NCBI GenBank assembly: GCA_030693205.1
Contig: JAUYBG010000011.1
Coordinates: 56,793 to 120,792 of the forward strand
Direction: 5' to 3'
Origin: a bacterium
GTDB lineage: Bacteria > Patescibacteriota > Minisyncoccia > JAHIHE01
DNA: 64,000 bases
The translations under genes were made by a program, and so were the position numbers. Shown here in pieces: positions 63,373 to 64,000 of this stretch; positions within the stretch are counted from its first letter, which is position 1; every line of letters begins with the position of its first letter. Below the pieces are notes generated by a model. That model searched no databases and was not told the origin of the DNA. It saw nothing but the letters and a program-made list of their open reading frames with translations.

Positions 63373-64000
63373 CTAAGAAGCGGAAGCGATTACTTTTCTG
63401 TAAACATCTTCATACCCTTCCGCCATCACCTTGGCGCTAAAAAATTTATTTGCTCGTTCATAGCATTTCCTACGGTCAAGATTATTGATTTTACTGACGG
63501 CTTCAACCATTTCATCAACATTTTTTACAATAAAACCTGTTTCGCCATCAACAATCTGCTCGCGAATCGGCCCCCGGTCAAAAGCAATCACTGGTGTCCC
63601 GCAAGCCATCGCCTCAATCGTCACAAGGCCAAAAGGTTCATTCCATTTTATAGGATTCAGTAATGCTTTCGCACTTTGTAAAAGTTTGATTTTTTCCTTA
63701 TCTTCCACTTCTCCTATATAACTAATTTGCTTACCGTCAATAAATGGTTTAATATCTTCTTCATAATATCTTATATCCTCAGGAACGGCCGAATCAATCT
63801 TACCTGCGAGAATCAATTTCGTTTTTACTTTTATGGCCGCTTGAACCGCCTCAGCAGTACCTTTGGTAGGAGTTATTCTACCCAACCAAACTAAATATTC
63901 TTCCGGTTTATCGTTAAATTTAAATTCGGAAAAATTAAGCCCGTTATGAACCATGCCGGCATAATTCAAGAATTTTAGAGTTTGTTGTGCGCGAGAAATG
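63373..64000 (-). CDS. Glycosyltransferase family 4, C-terminal part (5' end outside window)
   Basis: Frame open to the window edge; VHNGLNF, WNEPFGLVTIEAMACGTPV; close paralog of 62236-63321. Confidence 0.92.
   Translation of the reverse strand, partial: ISRAQQTLKFLNYAGMVHNGLNFSEFKFNDKPEEYLVWLGRITPTKGTAEAVQAAIKVKTKLILAGKIDSAVPEDIRYYEEDIKPFIDGKQISYIGEVEDKEKIKLLQSAKALLNPIKWNEPFGLVTIEAMACGTPVIAFDRGPIREQIVDGETGFIVKNVDEMVEAVSKINNLDRRKCYERANKFFSAKVMAEGYEDVYRKVIASAS

Noticed and set aside
1-64000. Alternative genetic code (UGA as Gly, as in Gracilibacteria/Absconditabacteria)
   Set aside because: Conserved genes are full length in code 11 and TGA ends genes at expected positions (e.g. 5613, 20785)

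Overview
Chromosomal segment of a Patescibacteria (CPR, Parcubacteria-like) bacterium read in genetic code 11. The lineage call is an inference from the compact RpoB/RpoC, SD-less AT-rich leaders on core genes, and CPR-typical FISUMP, PsbP-like, DUF3048 and VirB2-like pilin proteins. Core genes are rpsR (3' end), recA, a rodZ-like gene, ftsK, rpoC, rpoB, ruvA, rpsT, holA, polA, a DHH phosphoesterase, a PilB/GspE ATPase, ruvB, a class A PBP and tyrS. Accessory blocks between them: (i) 4.5-8.2 kb, self-contained Shine-Dalgarno-bearing cassettes including a radical SAM + atypical UPRTase pair divergent from an orphan, archaeal-looking, frameshifted pyrI; (ii) an ORF6N gene with twin palindromes; (iii) two loci of surface proteins sharing a DNA-level 5' leader/anchor but carrying unrelated payload domains (16-20 kb, 33-35 kb); (iv) a 1176-aa modular C39-like peptidase; (v) an unannotated ~260-nt structured transcript with a consensus promoter, a terminator and a convergent promoter (40.5-40.8 kb); (vi) an FG-GAP-repeat/pilin fusion; (vii) a LexA-like + TcmP + radical SAM + DUF2188 islet next to a restriction-methyltransferase remnant; (viii) a trehalose synthase/trehalase/ROK kinase/glycoside hydrolase cluster with four paralogous GT4 genes. 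I recognised no tRNA, rRNA, CRISPR array, transposase or integrase. All family assignments come from motif recognition by eye, not database searches.
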